Below are positions 19,352-30,190 of a DNA stretch of 64,000 bases, piece after piece. The stretch is from a bacterium (GTDB taxonomy: Bacteria; UBA8248): the NCBI GenBank assembly GCA_965202625.1, contig CBDBBI010000010.1, positions 1,952,001-2,016,000 of the forward strand, read 5' to 3'. Within the stretch, counting starts at the first letter, position 1. Each line of letters opens with the position of its first letter. Under the pieces are notes generated by a model. The model did no database searches. It was not told the origin of the DNA and worked only from the letters and a program-made list of their open reading frames with translations. A program made the position numbers and the translations under genes.

Positions 19352-19364
19352 GCCCCCGCCGGAC

Positions 19365-20444
19365 TCACGCCTGCTCAATGGCGGAGAGAAACCACTGGTT
19401 CGGCCCCTCGGGCCTCGCCCACGTCCAGTGCTCGCTGAAGCGTACCCGATCAGTGCGGCTGCCCTCAAGAACCTCTTCGCTTCCCTCTTTCACCACATAG
19501 TCGCAAAGGCTCGCCTCGTAACGCACGGTGATGAAATCGTAGCCCTCCTCGTTCCATGCCTCGACAATTTCCGCGCGCTTGACCTCCACGTTGTCGAGCC
19601 TGTTCACCTTGCCTTCGTGCCTGAGTCCCTCAATGTCGCGCTCCACCTCCGCGCACATCTCCTTGTCCATCATGTCGCGGACGGGGCCGAGGTCGCGCGC
19701 CGTCCAAGCGCGCTGAAACCGGAGGAAGTTCTCTTTCGCCAGATCCAGAAAAGCCTGCTCGGAGAAGGAGGCGTCGGCGTCGGCCATTTTCCGCAACCCC
19801 TCGTCCGCCTGAGAATCACGGCGTGCGCTGACGCCCGAACGGCCCGCGTCTCGCGCCCCGCCGATGTCCGGGCCGCGATATACGTCCCCGGCTCTCTCGT
19901 ATCTGTCACGCGGCTCCTCCTCGTATCCCCCCACGCCGTAGGGGTCCGCCTCGGCGTAGCGGCGGCTTCCCGAATAACGGGGCGCTTGCAGAGCGTTTGA
20001 GGAGCGGTTTCGCATCATTCGAAAGATAAGAAAGATGACGCCGCCAATCAAGAGAATTTCGAGAATGCCAAAACCGCCACCCGCGCCGCCACCCGCGCCG
20101 CCGAACATCATACGACCCAGCATTCCGCCCAGCAAAAACCCGCCGATGCCCGCGAACAGGCCGCTTCCGAGGCCGCCGCCCATGAACGCGCTTCGGCGAA
20201 ACGGACTGCGCGAGAAGCTGCTCGAGCGTGAACCCAAGTTCGAGCGCCTTGAAAAACTCCTCCGTCCAAAACTGCCGAGTCCGCGCGAGCCGCGAAACCC
20301 GAAGGAGCGGAAACCGCCAAAGCGCCGCGCCTGCGCCTCCTGAACCACCAGCCCCAGACCATCCGGCGTGCGCGCGGGCACTCCCAAGTGCGCGGGGGCG
20401 AGAAGAAAAAACGCGAACGATGCGCAGATGAGCAAAGACTTCAT
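19365..20444 (-). CDS. Tim44 domain-containing protein
   Basis: ARRFGG..SFG.RGSR Gly/Ser-rich N-region, TM, C-terminal FLDLAKENF.RFQRAW...FSEHWTW.R...WFLSAIEQ. Confidence 0.88.
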   Translation of the reverse strand: MKSLLICASFAFFLLAPAHLGVPARTPDGLGLVVQEAQARRFGGFRSFGFRGSRGLGSFGRRSFSRRSNLGSRSSSFSRSPFRRSAFMGGGLGSGLFAGIGGFLLGGMLGRMMFGGAGGGAGGGFGILEILLIGGVIFLIFRMMRNRSSNALQAPRYSGSRRYAEADPYGVGGYEEEPRDRYERAGDVYRGPDIGGARDAGRSGVSARRDSQADEGLRKMADADASFSEQAFLDLAKENFLRFQRAWTARDLGPVRDMMDKEMCAEVERDIEGLRHEGKVNRLDNVEVKRAEIVEAWNEEGYDFITVRYEASLCDYVVKEGSEEVLEGSRTDRVRFSEHWTWARPEGPNQWFLSAIEQA

Positions 20445-20695
20445 TCAACACCTCCAAAGGCGGCAAGCCCGAGCAGACGCAACAGGGACCCTTCAATGAC
20501 TCTGATTATCCCAACATCCGAGGAACAAGTCCATTGCGAAAAAGATGGAACGCCCGCGCGACGCGGATTCGCCCAAATCGTTGATGGCGGGTTCGCCCTC
20601 TGCTACCATCGGGTGTGATTGTGGAAATCGGTCTGATGGATCCGGACGAGGCCACGCCCGGCCCCGGTCGAAAAAGTCGAGGAACTCCTGATCGC

Positions 20696-21895
20696 ATGAA
20701 TGAACTGAAAAAAATGCCGCTTGAGGGCGTCAAGGTCATTGATGTGGGGACCTTGTTCGCCGGGCCTTGGATAGCTACCTACATGGCGGATTTCGGGGCG
20801 GAGGTCATCAAGGTCGAGCACCCGCGCGGCGACTCCCTCAGAAACTTCGCCTCCCAGAAGGACGGCGTCTCGCTGTGGTGGAAGCTGGCGAGCCGAAACA
20901 AAAAATCTATCACCTGCGATATCTCTGCACCGGAAGGAGGAGAGATACTCCGCGCGCTCTCCGAGAGCGCAGACGTGCTGGTGGAGAACTTCCGTCCAGG
21001 CACCATGGAGCGATGGGGACTCTCCTGGGAGCGTCTCCACATGCTCAACCCGAAGCTCATTCTGGCGCGAACGAGCGGTTTCGGACAAGAGGGGCCCTAC
21101 GCGCACAGGCCCGGCTTCGGTACGCTGGCGGAGGCGATGAGCGGCTTTGCGCACATCACGGGCTTTCCCGACGGACCGCCTACCCTGCCGCCCTTCGCGC
21201 TGGCCGACGGCATCAGCGCGCTGTGCGGCGTCTACGCCGTGATGATGGCACTCTACCATCGCGACGTGCACGGCGCGTCCGGCCAACAGATCGACGTCGC
21301 GATTTACGAGCCCATCGCCACAATACTGGGCCCGCAACCGCTCGAATACGATCAGCTGGGCCTCGTCCAGACGCGCACGGGAAACGCCATTCCCTTCGCC
21401 GCGCCCAGAAACGCCTACCGTTGCAAGGACGGCCGATACGTCGTGATATCAGCGAGTGCGGAGAATATATTCAAGCGCATCATGCGCGCCGTGGGGCGCG
21501 AGGACCTCGCCGATGACCCCAGAATGCGCACTCAAGCGGGGCGCGTGGAGAACGTGAAGGAGCTGGACGACGCCATTCAGCGCTGGATAGGTGCGCATAC
21601 CCTCGATGAGACCATCGCCCATTTCGAGGAGCATGAAGGCGCCTTGGGGCCCATTTACGACGTGGCCCAGTTCATGGCGGACCCCCACGTGCAAGCGCGA
21701 GGGAGCATCACCACCGTGGAGGACGAGGAGCTGGGGCCCCTGCGGATGCAAAACGTGATTCCGAAGCTGAGCGCCTCGCCGGGCGCGATTCGCTGGGCAG
21801 GGCCTCCAAAAGGCAAGCACACGGAAGAGGTGCTCGGGAAAATCGGATACGACCGCGTGGGGATAGCAGCGCTGAGAGACAAGGGCGTCGTCTAG
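20696..21895 (+). CDS. CaiB/BaiF family III CoA-transferase
   Basis: PLEGVKVIDV, ADFGAEVIKVEHP.GD, RNKKSI, DVLVENFRPG. Confidence 0.94.
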   Translation: MNELKKMPLEGVKVIDVGTLFAGPWIATYMADFGAEVIKVEHPRGDSLRNFASQKDGVSLWWKLASRNKKSITCDISAPEGGEILRALSESADVLVENFRPGTMERWGLSWERLHMLNPKLILARTSGFGQEGPYAHRPGFGTLAEAMSGFAHITGFPDGPPTLPPFALADGISALCGVYAVMMALYHRDVHGASGQQIDVAIYEPIATILGPQPLEYDQLGLVQTRTGNAIPFAAPRNAYRCKDGRYVVISASAENIFKRIMRAVGREDLADDPRMRTQAGRVENVKELDDAIQRWIGAHTLDETIAHFEEHEGALGPIYDVAQFMADPHVQARGSITTVEDEELGPLRMQNVIPKLSASPGAIRWAGPPKGKHTEEVLGKIGYDRVGIAALRDKGVV

Positions 21896-21900
21896 CCCTG

Positions 21901-22803
21901 ATGAGGGAGACCCCGCACCACTGCGCCTTCGTCTTTCACAGAAATTACTGCGCCGACATCGGCCCCCATGTCCTGCGAGCCGAAAAATACCAGAAGACCC
22001 ACGATAGACTACGAGAGGCCGGGCTGCCTGAGAGCGTTTTTCTGGCGCCTCGGGCGGCTACAGAGGAGGAAGTCCGCCTCGTCCACACCCATGAATACGT
22101 TTCGGACCTGCGCTCGAGCGCGCACACCGCCCGCACAATTTCGAGCGAGATCCCCATCAGCGAGGAGATCGTCGAAGCCGGCTTTCTGGCGACCGGCGGG
22201 ACCATCCTCGCCGCGCGTGAGGCGCTCGAAAGGGGCCGTGCCCTGAACCTCAGCGGGGGATTCCACCACGCCTTCGCCGATCGGGCGGAGGGGTTTTGCT
22301 ACGTCAACGATTTGGCGGTCGCCATCCGCGTCCTTCAAAGGGAAGGCGCCATATCGAGGGCGGCGGTGATCGACAGCGACCTTCACCAAGGAAACGGCAC
22401 CGCCGTCATATTCAGACGAGACGACGCTGTGTTCACCTTCTCCATTCATCAGGAAAACATCTATCCCCATAAGAGGAGGAGCGACATCGACGTTGGCCTC
22501 TACGATCTCGCCACCGAGGAAGAATACCTGCCTCATCTAAAGAAGTGCCTGCCCCAAATACTGGATGAGCACAAGCCCGACCTCGCAATCTACCAGGCGG
22601 GGGCGGACCCCTACGCCGGAGACCAGCTCGGAACCCTCCAGCTCTCGAAGGAGGCCTTGGGGAGGCGCGATGAATGCGTTCTTGAAGCGTGCCTCGCGCG
22701 CGGGGTTCCCGTCGCAGGCACTCTGGGGGGCGGATACGCCCTGAACCCCGAGGACACGGTGGACATCCACTTTCAGACGGCTTTGCGCTTTTGGGAAGTT
22801 TAG
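21901..22803 (+). CDS. Histone deacetylase family protein
   Basis: GGFHHA, GFCYVND, DSDLHQGNGT, QAGAD, LGGGY. Confidence 0.92.
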   Translation: MRETPHHCAFVFHRNYCADIGPHVLRAEKYQKTHDRLREAGLPESVFLAPRAATEEEVRLVHTHEYVSDLRSSAHTARTISSEIPISEEIVEAGFLATGGTILAAREALERGRALNLSGGFHHAFADRAEGFCYVNDLAVAIRVLQREGAISRAAVIDSDLHQGNGTAVIFRRDDAVFTFSIHQENIYPHKRRSDIDVGLYDLATEEEYLPHLKKCLPQILDEHKPDLAIYQAGADPYAGDQLGTLQLSKEALGRRDECVLEACLARGVPVAGTLGGGYALNPEDTVDIHFQTALRFWEV

Positions 22804-22871
22804 GATTTCCTTTCCCCAGAAGCCATGTATACTGCTCCGCATAGCCGCAATTCCCAAAAACAAGGAAGCGA

Positions 22872-24179
22872 ATGCCCACGTTTTCCAAAAGCGCCGCCGC
22901 CAAAAAGCCAAATTTCTACTACGGCTGGCTCATCGTCTGGCTCTCCTTCGGAACACTGGCGTTTCACGTCGTCACTCGGTTTTCCTTCGGCATCTTTCAG
23001 GTTCCCCTGATCCAGGAGTTCGGCTGGAGCCGGGGGGTTTTGGGCGGTGCCTTCTCCCTTTCCATGGCCGTATACGCCTGCGGCTCGCCATTTGCGGGCT
23101 CGCTGCTGGAAAAAAGAGGGCCGCGCGCCCTGATGCCTTGGGGGTCCGTCCTGCTGGGCACCACGTTCGTGGGATGCTTCTTCATCACCTCGCTCTGGCA
23201 CGTGTATGTTCTCATCGGCCTCTGCGCAGGGTTTGGCCTTTCTCTGAGCGGCTTCTCTACGCACAGCGCCATCATTCCGCGGTGGTTCGTGAAAAAAAGG
23301 GGCCGCGCCACGGGAATCGCCCTCTCCGGCATCGGAATCGGCATTCTCGTCCTCGCCCCTGTCCTCGAACGCCTCATCGCCTCCGTCGGCTGGCGCCTCA
23401 CCTACTTGCTCTACGGGCTCGTCATCCTCTGCGTCGTCGCGCCGGGGGGATTTCTGCTCCTTCGAGACGTGCCGGAGGACGTGGGCCAGGGGCCGGACGG
23501 GGGCGCACCGCGCACGCCGGAGGAGATGGCGAAGTCGGGGGTCGGCCACGGCGGCGAGGGCAAGGGAGTCTGGGAGGTTTTCGCCGCCGTAAAAAACGAC
23601 GTTCGCTTTTGGTGCCTCATCCTGATGGTGTTCGCCATCGGCCTCAACAACAACACCATAATGAGCCAGCTTCAGCTGTATCTCGTTGACGCCGAATACA
23701 GCACGGCGGCGGCGGCCGTCATCTTCGGCGCGGTTGGGTTCATCAGAACCCTGGGCAGCGTGGGCGGAGGATGGATGGGGGACGTCATCGGGCGCGGGCG
23801 CGGGGTGGCACTCTCCGCCCTGGTGGTCGCCACCGGACTAACGCTTCTACTGCTCATTCCCCATTTCGGTGGAGGCACTCTGCCGGGCTACGCTTTCGCG
23901 CTGGTGTACGGAGTCGGCATCGGCGGCATGAGCACCTGCTATTCCGCCCTCGCGGGAGATTGCTTCGGGGGACGGACCTATGGCGTGATCATCGGCTTCA
24001 TGGAGATCTGCTACGGCTTGGGCGGCGTCCTCGGCCCGCCGTTCGCGGGACTGATGTACGACTACACGAAAAGCTACCTTCTACCGTTCACGACTATCAT
24101 CGTATTCATGTTCGTTTCGATGGGACTCGCTCTATGGCTACAAGAATACATGAAGAGGCATGACCTCGCCCCGAAATAG
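22872..24179 (+). CDS. MFS transporter
   Basis: FYYGW start, ~12 TM, GSLLEKRGPR loop motif, WFVKKRGRATG. Confidence 0.92.
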   Translation: MPTFSKSAAAKKPNFYYGWLIVWLSFGTLAFHVVTRFSFGIFQVPLIQEFGWSRGVLGGAFSLSMAVYACGSPFAGSLLEKRGPRALMPWGSVLLGTTFVGCFFITSLWHVYVLIGLCAGFGLSLSGFSTHSAIIPRWFVKKRGRATGIALSGIGIGILVLAPVLERLIASVGWRLTYLLYGLVILCVVAPGGFLLLRDVPEDVGQGPDGGAPRTPEEMAKSGVGHGGEGKGVWEVFAAVKNDVRFWCLILMVFAIGLNNNTIMSQLQLYLVDAEYSTAAAAVIFGAVGFIRTLGSVGGGWMGDVIGRGRGVALSALVVATGLTLLLLIPHFGGGTLPGYAFALVYGVGIGGMSTCYSALAGDCFGGRTYGVIIGFMEICYGLGGVLGPPFAGLMYDYTKSYLLPFTTIIVFMFVSMGLALWLQEYMKRHDLAPK

Positions 24180-24187
24180 GGAGGCGT

Positions 24188-24817
24188 TCATTTGAGGTTC
24201 TTCAAATATCTCTTCACTTCGTATCGCGCGGAAACCTCTGAAAATTTCTTTCGCATCGCCTCCCTTTTACCGCGCTCGCCCATCTCCTCGGCGATCGAGG
24301 GCAGGCCCCGTCGCCTGGCCGTCACCCCCGCTCATAGTTCCTAGGCTTCCCCGAGCGCACGCTCGGGGGCGCGGGAGTATTTCTCTTGGCCAGTTCGACA
24401 AAATTCTCTCCCCTGTCAAGCTTCTCGACCAAATCCTTCGTCTCTTTCTCTGATAACACCATGATGTGGGAGGCGGTGACTTTATCCCCTTCGGTATATT
24501 TTGACTTGTTCTCCTCATACTTCGTTCGCACCGCAGACACCTCGGGCTTCGCGCTCTCCTCGACCCTGCGAATGGCCTCGCCGATGAGAATCTCGCGCCG
24601 CGCATACTCCATGCGCATCCTCACCTGCGCGCTGGCGAGAAAATTGTTGTCGTTCGCGTATTGAAGCATGAGCTAGCGGTAAATGAGCGTCTCCAAAAGC
24701 GCTGCTTTGTTCGTTCGCGCCTCCGCCTGCAAATAGGCCGACGGACGCAAGAGAGACGAAAACCAACGAAGCGGCGAGCGCGAGCCTCCCTCTTGGGGCG
24801 ATGCGTCGAAACGTCAT
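24188..24817 (-). pseudogene. Decayed PpiC/PrsA-type peptidyl-prolyl isomerase
   Basis: Signal peptide in one frame; KAALLETLIYR*LMLQYA with TAG at 24673-24675; VTASHIMV..GENFVELAK; frameshift into GSLG; C-terminal YEVKRYLKNLK* in another segment. Confidence 0.8.
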
Positions 24818-24866
24818 GAGACGATCTCCCAAAAGTATGGCCAAGCAGCATTATCTTCCCCGCCAC

Positions 24867-25577
24867 TCAGGGTGCGCGCTCCATGCGCTTCGGCCCGATG
24901 AGCAAAACGCACTCACCCTTGATTCTTTTGCCATTCAGCCTCTCACGCAGCCCCTGTGCCGTGTCCCTGAGAATCTCCTCATGCAGCTTTGTGAGCTCGC
25001 GCGCCAGGGCGAGAGGACGCGCAGGCGCGACGGCTGCGATCTCGCCGATCAGGTTCACGACCCTGTGTGGCGACTCGAACAGGACGACAGTGCGCTCCTC
25101 CTCCAAAAGCACATCCATCGCCTTATGCCTTTTTCGCCCCTTGGGAGGGAGGAACCCCTCAAAAGCGAATCTGTCCGTGGGTAGGCCGGAGGCGATCAAG
25201 GCGGCCAGAACGGACGATGCGCCGGGCACGGGAACGACCTCGACGCCCGCCTCGATCGCCGCGCACACCACTCGATAGGCGGGATCGGAAACTCCCGGCG
25301 TTCCGGCGTCCGACACGACGGCGACGCGCGCGCCCCCAAGCGCGCGCCCGGCCAACTCCTCCGCACGCTTCACCTCGTTGTGCTCGTGGTAGCTCAAGAG
25401 CGGCTTCTTGATTCCGAGCCGGGCCAGCAACCTCCCCGTCCGGCGCGTGTCCTCGCACGCCACCAAGTCGCACTCGCCCAACACCCTGCGACCACGCTCG
25501 GAGACGTCCTCCAAGTTTCCAATCGGCGTGGCGACCAGATAGACGCCGGGTGAGAGGGGGGACGGCGATTTGGCCAT
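24867..25577 (-). CDS. rsmI: 16S rRNA C1402 2'-O-methyltransferase
   Basis: YLVATPIGNLED, ACEDTRRT, SDAGTPGVSDP, FESPHR, RELTKLHEE. Confidence 0.96.
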   Translation of the reverse strand: MAKSPSPLSPGVYLVATPIGNLEDVSERGRRVLGECDLVACEDTRRTGRLLARLGIKKPLLSYHEHNEVKRAEELAGRALGGARVAVVSDAGTPGVSDPAYRVVCAAIEAGVEVVPVPGASSVLAALIASGLPTDRFAFEGFLPPKGRKRHKAMDVLLEEERTVVLFESPHRVVNLIGEIAAVAPARPLALARELTKLHEEILRDTAQGLRERLNGKRIKGECVLLIGPKRMERAP

Positions 25578-25581
25578 TCAA

Positions 25582-26784
25582 TCAAGCTATGACGCCAGCG
25601 TTCCGCAGATTTTTTATCTCATCATCGCTTCTACCGAGCTCTCGAAGCACTTCATCGGTATGCTCCCCCAAAAGGGGCGCCGGCGTTCTCACGCCGACCG
25701 GCGTCTCAGAGAGTTGGGGCGGGAAGCCGAGAACCTGCATTCGGCCTGCTGTGGGATGTTCGACCTCCACGCTCATCCGCCGGGCCTGAATCTGGGGATG
25801 CGCGAACGTCTCCGCCATGTTCAGTATCGGGCCGCATGGAACTCCTCCCGAATCGAGAAGCGCCACCCACTCGGCTCGCGTCTTTTGCGCAAACACCCCG
25901 TTCAGCTCCTCGGCGAGTTTCAGGTAGTTCTCGCGCCTTAGGCCGTCCGTGGCGTATTCCGCGCGGCGCATGAGGTCTTCGCGCGCGATCGTCCGACAAA
26001 AATGCTCCCAGTTTCTCTGGTTGGCCGCGCCGAGCGCCAGATATCCATCCTTGCACTGAAAGGCCTGGTAAGGGGCCGTCATCTCGTGCGCGGAACCCAG
26101 CGGCGCGGGCGGCTCGCCCGAGGGGAAGAACTGAGACGCCTGCCAGAAGGTATAGCCGAGGCCCGCGTCGGTCAGCGCCACGTCAATGTGCTGCCCCTCA
26201 CCGGTGCGCTGCCGGTGGACATAGGCGCACAGAACCGACAGCGCCGCATACATGCCCGCGTTCAGATCGCATATCGGCACGGGTATTTTTGCGGGTGCGC
26301 CGCCAGGCTCACCCGTGAAGCTCATGAGGCTGGAGAACCCTTGCGACACCAGGTCGAAGCCGGCCTTACCGGCGAAGGGGCCCGTGTCGCCATAACCGGA
26401 GATGGAGGCATAGATGAGGCCCGGGTGGATTCCCTTCAGCACCTCGTAGCCGAGGCCTAGTTTGGTCATGGTGCCAGGCCTGACGTTCTCCACCAGCACG
26501 TCGAATTGCCTGACAAGTTCTTTCATCAGCGCAACGCCTTCGGGCGACTTCATGTTCACCGCCGCGCTGCGCTTGTTCCTGTTCAGGTTCATAAAACCGT
26601 GGGCCTCGCCGCCGTCAAAATATCGGCCCAGGCGTCGCGCGCTGTCCCCGCCCTCGGGGTTCTCCACCTTGACGACATCCGCGCCCATGTCCGCCAGCAG
26701 GCATCCACAGAACGGGCCAGCCATGACCTGGCAAACTTCCAGGACCCGAACGCCCTCAAGCGGGCCGCCCGTCTCTTGGCCCAT
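25582..26784 (-). CDS. CaiB/BaiF family III CoA-transferase
   Basis: PLEGVRVLE, LADMGADVVKVE, NRNKRS, APLLGEHT. Confidence 0.94.
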   Translation of the reverse strand: MGQETGGPLEGVRVLEVCQVMAGPFCGCLLADMGADVVKVENPEGGDSARRLGRYFDGGEAHGFMNLNRNKRSAAVNMKSPEGVALMKELVRQFDVLVENVRPGTMTKLGLGYEVLKGIHPGLIYASISGYGDTGPFAGKAGFDLVSQGFSSLMSFTGEPGGAPAKIPVPICDLNAGMYAALSVLCAYVHRQRTGEGQHIDVALTDAGLGYTFWQASQFFPSGEPPAPLGSAHEMTAPYQAFQCKDGYLALGAANQRNWEHFCRTIAREDLMRRAEYATDGLRRENYLKLAEELNGVFAQKTRAEWVALLDSGGVPCGPILNMAETFAHPQIQARRMSVEVEHPTAGRMQVLGFPPQLSETPVGVRTPAPLLGEHTDEVLRELGRSDDEIKNLRNAGVIA

Positions 26785-26790
26785 CCTCTC

Positions 26791-27600
26791 TTATTTCCCT
26801 TGAAACTCAGGCGTGCGCTTAACCAGAAAAGAATCCACGCCCTCACGGAAGTCTGCAGTGTCGAAGCAGGCAAACTCGCGCATTCTCTCCTCATCTGTCA
26901 AAGAGGAGAGGCTCGGATCCGCCAGTATTTTCTTCACGAACTCCTTGTGCCATCGATGAACGAGGGGTGCCAGAGAAGCGACGCGCTCCGCCACCTCATA
27001 CGCCGCGCTCTCCACCTGCGCATCCGGCGCGACGCGCGCCAGAAAGCCCGCCTCCCGCATCTCCTGCGCCGTAAAAAGTTTGGCTGTGAGCAGCATGTCC
27101 ATCGTGCGCCCCGGTCCGATCGACTGCACGAAACGCCTGAGCTCCGAGCAACCCGCCACCAAGCCTAGCTTCGCCACCGGCACGCCGAAGCGCGAACCCT
27201 CGCCTGCGATGCGCAAATCCGTCGCGGCGGCCAGCTCCACGCCCCCGCCCACACAAGCGCCGCGGATGAGGCAAATAACGGGCTTGGAGAAAGCGTCCAC
27301 CGCGTCCAGTCCACGCAAAAACCCGCCTTCCGCGTAACGTCTTGCCTGCTCGGAGCTATAGCGCTCCTCCCGAAAGCGAGAGATGTCCGCCCCCGCCGAA
27401 AAGGCGCGTTCGCCCGCGCCCCGAAAAACGACGGCGCGCACGGAAGCGTCCCCCTCGAGATCCGGCATGAGACGGGCAATTTCCACCCACATCTCATATT
27501 CAATCGCGTTCATCTTCTCGGGCGCGTGAAGCGTTATCGTCGCCACCGCGCCTTTGCGGGAAAGACGTATTTTTCCGCCCGCACGCCGTTGCTCGCTCAC
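26791..27600 (-). CDS. Enoyl-CoA hydratase/isomerase family protein (start uncertain)
   Basis: AFSAGADIS, GACVGGGVELA, FGVPVAKLG, DFREGVDSF. Confidence 0.9.
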   Translation of the reverse strand: MSEQRRAGGKIRLSRKGAVATITLHAPEKMNAIEYEMWVEIARLMPDLEGDASVRAVVFRGAGERAFSAGADISRFREERYSSEQARRYAEGGFLRGLDAVDAFSKPVICLIRGACVGGGVELAAATDLRIAGEGSRFGVPVAKLGLVAGCSELRRFVQSIGPGRTMDMLLTAKLFTAQEMREAGFLARVAPDAQVESAAYEVAERVASLAPLVHRWHKEFVKKILADPSLSSLTDEERMREFACFDTADFREGVDSFLVKRTPEFQGK

Positions 27601-27715
27601 CTCGAATCGCCTCGCATTATCCGCCCGGAGCACGGCGGCGCCATCAAGCACCCTGGCGTCAAGTTCGCATCCACCGCACCGCGCGTTGCCCATTGTTTGA
27701 TGGGAAAGGATAAAA

Positions 27716-27934
27716 CTACTCCTCCTGTCCGTCCCTATACTCCTCCAGCCACGCCATCTGGATGGCTTCGAGCTTGCCCTCCGTCGAGGCCATCGGATCG
27801 CCCTCAAAATCCTTCAGCCCGCACACCCAGTCGTGTAGATCGGTGAAACGAACGGAGAGAGGGTCGGTCTTCGGAAATTTTTCGTAAAGCGCGACGCCGA
27901 TGTCCTCGGCGTCCTCCCAACCAAACTTCTCCAC
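27716..27934 (-). CDS. iscX: Fe-S assembly protein IscX
   Basis: WEDAEDI..ALYE.FP..DP..VRFTDLH.WV..L..F.GDP....EGKLEAIQMAWLEE; GTG start after AGGAG. Confidence 0.93.
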   Translation of the reverse strand: MEKFGWEDAEDIGVALYEKFPKTDPLSVRFTDLHDWVCGLKDFEGDPMASTEGKLEAIQMAWLEEYRDGQEE

Positions 27935-27959
27935 GAGCGGATCTCCTGAAGGGCAATTC

Positions 27960-28316
27960 CTAATGGGCGCTTTGCTCCCTCGCCGCATCCGGCCCCTCTT
28001 GAACCAGGTTCACGTTCCAGAACGGCACGTGCACCTCAATGACCTCGTCCGTCTCTCTCTCCAGCGTGGCCTGGCAGCCCAGGCGGCTATCGAGGTCCAC
28101 GTCGCGCGCGTCATCGAGCTGATCCTCCTCATCCTCGCTAGATTCATTGAAGAGATCCGCGCCGCTCCTAATCTTCACATGGCACGTCGAACAAGCGCAG
28201 ACGCCACCACAGGCGTGATCCAGATCGATGCCGTTCTCAAGAGCCGCTTCAAGAATATTCTCGCCCGCATGAATGTCGATGGTCTGTTTTTCGTCAACGA
28301 AATGAAGCTTCACCAT
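27960..28316 (-). CDS. fdx: ISC 2Fe-2S ferredoxin
   Basis: HACGGVCACSTCHV, SRLGCQ. Confidence 0.93.
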   Translation of the reverse strand: MVKLHFVDEKQTIDIHAGENILEAALENGIDLDHACGGVCACSTCHVKIRSGADLFNESSEDEEDQLDDARDVDLDSRLGCQATLERETDEVIEVHVPFWNVNLVQEGPDAAREQSAH

Positions 28317-28354
28317 TTTCCGTCCCCTGTGTTGCAAAGCCTCTCTTGCGGTTT

Positions 28355-30190
28355 CTAGTCTTTTAGGGCCTCGCTCACCCTCTTGTTCTCCAAAGCCGAC
28401 TTCAAAACACTGTCCATCATCCGCTCAGCCAGCGGCGTCGTGATGTCGTTTAGCGCGTCGATCGTCTCTCGAATCTGGCCCGGATCCTCCCCTCTACACG
28501 ACTCCTCCAAAGCGTTCACCGCCTCATAAATTCTAGTGCGCTCCTCGGAGGAGATCGCTTCCTCCCCATAATCGTCCAGCGCGCGCACCGTGGCCATAAG
28601 AATAGTTTCCGCCTCGTTCCTCGCCTCCAGAATCTGACGGGAGCGAACGTCCTGCTCCGCATGCTTGAAAGATTCCATCAGCATCCGCTCGACTTGCTCA
28701 TCCGTCAGCCCATACGAGGGCTGTACCTCTACCGAGGCCGCCTTGCCGCTTCTCAGATCGCGAGCCGTCACGTTCAGAATGCCATTGGCGTCGATCAGGA
28801 ATGTCACGTCCAATCGGGCGAGTCCCGCTGGAGCAGGGTCAATCGCCAGGCGAAAGCGCGCGAGCGAACGATTGTCTTTTACGAGCTCGCGCTCGCCCTG
28901 GAGAACGTGAATATCCACTCCTGTTTGATCGTCCTTGAACGTAGTGTAGGTTTCTTTGGCGCTCGTGGGAACCGTGGTATTTCGGGGAATGATCCATCCC
29001 ATGGCGCCGCCCATGGTCTCAATGCCCAGGGAAAGCGGCGTCACGTCAAGAAGCAACATGTCCTTTCTGCCGCCCGCCAGGATGTCCGCCTGCACCGCGG
29101 CGCCTAGGGCCACCACCTCGTCGGGGTTGATGCGCGCATGAGGCTCCTTCTTGAACAACTCCCGCACCATCCGGCGGATGATGGGCATGCGGGTGGCACC
29201 GCCCACGAGAACGACTTCATCCACCTGCTCGGGCGAGAAACCCGCATCCTTGAGCGCGCGCCGGCAGGGCGCCAGCGTCCGCTCGGCGAGCGGCGCGACG
29301 AGCGCCTCCATCTCCTCTCGGGCGAGGCACCCTTTATGAGCGAGCGGGACGCCGCCCAGATCGTCAAACTCATATTCCGCAAAGTCGTTCTTCGAGAGCG
29401 TCCGCTTGAGCCGCTCCGCCAAAAGCGTGAGTTCAGCCAACGCCTCGGGAGATTCGCCCAAATCCACGTCGTCCCGCTCGAGAATTTCAGACTGGATGTA
29501 GAGAGAGATTGAACGATCAAAATCGTCTCCGCCCAAACGAGTATCCCCTCCGGTGGCGAGCACCTCGAACACGCCCTCCTTGATTCTCAAGATCGAGACG
29601 TCAAACGTGCCGCCGCCCAGATCATACACCGCGACGATCCCCCGGTTTCGCTCATGAAGGCCATAGGCCAAGGACGCCGCCGTGGGTTCGCTGATGATGC
29701 GAAGCACATCGAGGCCCGCGAGTTTTCCCGCGTCTTTCGTCGCCTGGCGCTGCGCGTCATTAAAATACGCCGGAACGGTGATCACCGCTCTGAGCGCAGG
29801 CCGGCCGAGCACCTCCTCCGCCCTATCCTTTAAGTACCTGAGCACCAAGGCACTAATTTCGGGCGCGCTATACGAACGCCCCCGGGCACGCACGTGAACG
29901 ACTTCCCTCTCTTCCAAATCTATCGCGAAGGGTAGGTGGCGCGCCTCATCCTTGACGTCTTCATAGCCCCTGCCCATGAATCGCTTGATAGAAAAAACGG
30001 TGTTCCCGCTGTTCGAGACGCGATCGGCCTGCGCTTTGTCGCCGACGAGAACGCGATCGGGTCGAAAGCTCACCACAGAGGGCACAATGCCACGCTTACC
30101 CTCGGGAGCGAGGATCATCGGCTCGCCTTGCGCGACGGAGGCGACTAGGCTGTTGGTGGTGCCCAAGTCGATCCCAATGATCTCGTTCAT
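28355..30190 (-). CDS. hscA: Fe-S assembly chaperone HscA
   Basis: [34 protein letters not shown]; isc operon context. Confidence 0.93.
   Translation of the reverse strand: MNEIIGIDLGTTNSLVASVAQGEPMILAPEGKRGIVPSVVSFRPDRVLVGDKAQADRVSNSGNTVFSIKRFMGRGYEDVKDEARHLPFAIDLEEREVVHVRARGRSYSAPEISALVLRYLKDRAEEVLGRPALRAVITVPAYFNDAQRQATKDAGKLAGLDVLRIISEPTAASLAYGLHERNRGIVAVYDLGGGTFDVSILRIKEGVFEVLATGGDTRLGGDDFDRSISLYIQSEILERDDVDLGESPEALAELTLLAERLKRTLSKNDFAEYEFDDLGGVPLAHKGCLAREEMEALVAPLAERTLAPCRRALKDAGFSPEQVDEVVLVGGATRMPIIRRMVRELFKKEPHARINPDEVVALGAAVQADILAGGRKDMLLLDVTPLSLGIETMGGAMGWIIPRNTTVPTSAKETYTTFKDDQTGVDIHVLQGERELVKDNRSLARFRLAIDPAPAGLARLDVTFLIDANGILNVTARDLRSGKAASVEVQPSYGLTDEQVERMLMESFKHAEQDVRSRQILEARNEAETILMATVRALDDYGEEAISSEERTRIYEAVNALEESCRGEDPGQIRETIDALNDITTPLAERMMDSVLKSALENKRVSEALKD

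Noticed and set aside
24673-24675. In-frame TAG in the ppiC-like gene as pyrrolysine or read-through
   Set aside because: The same gene has frameshifts and deletions, so simple decay explains it
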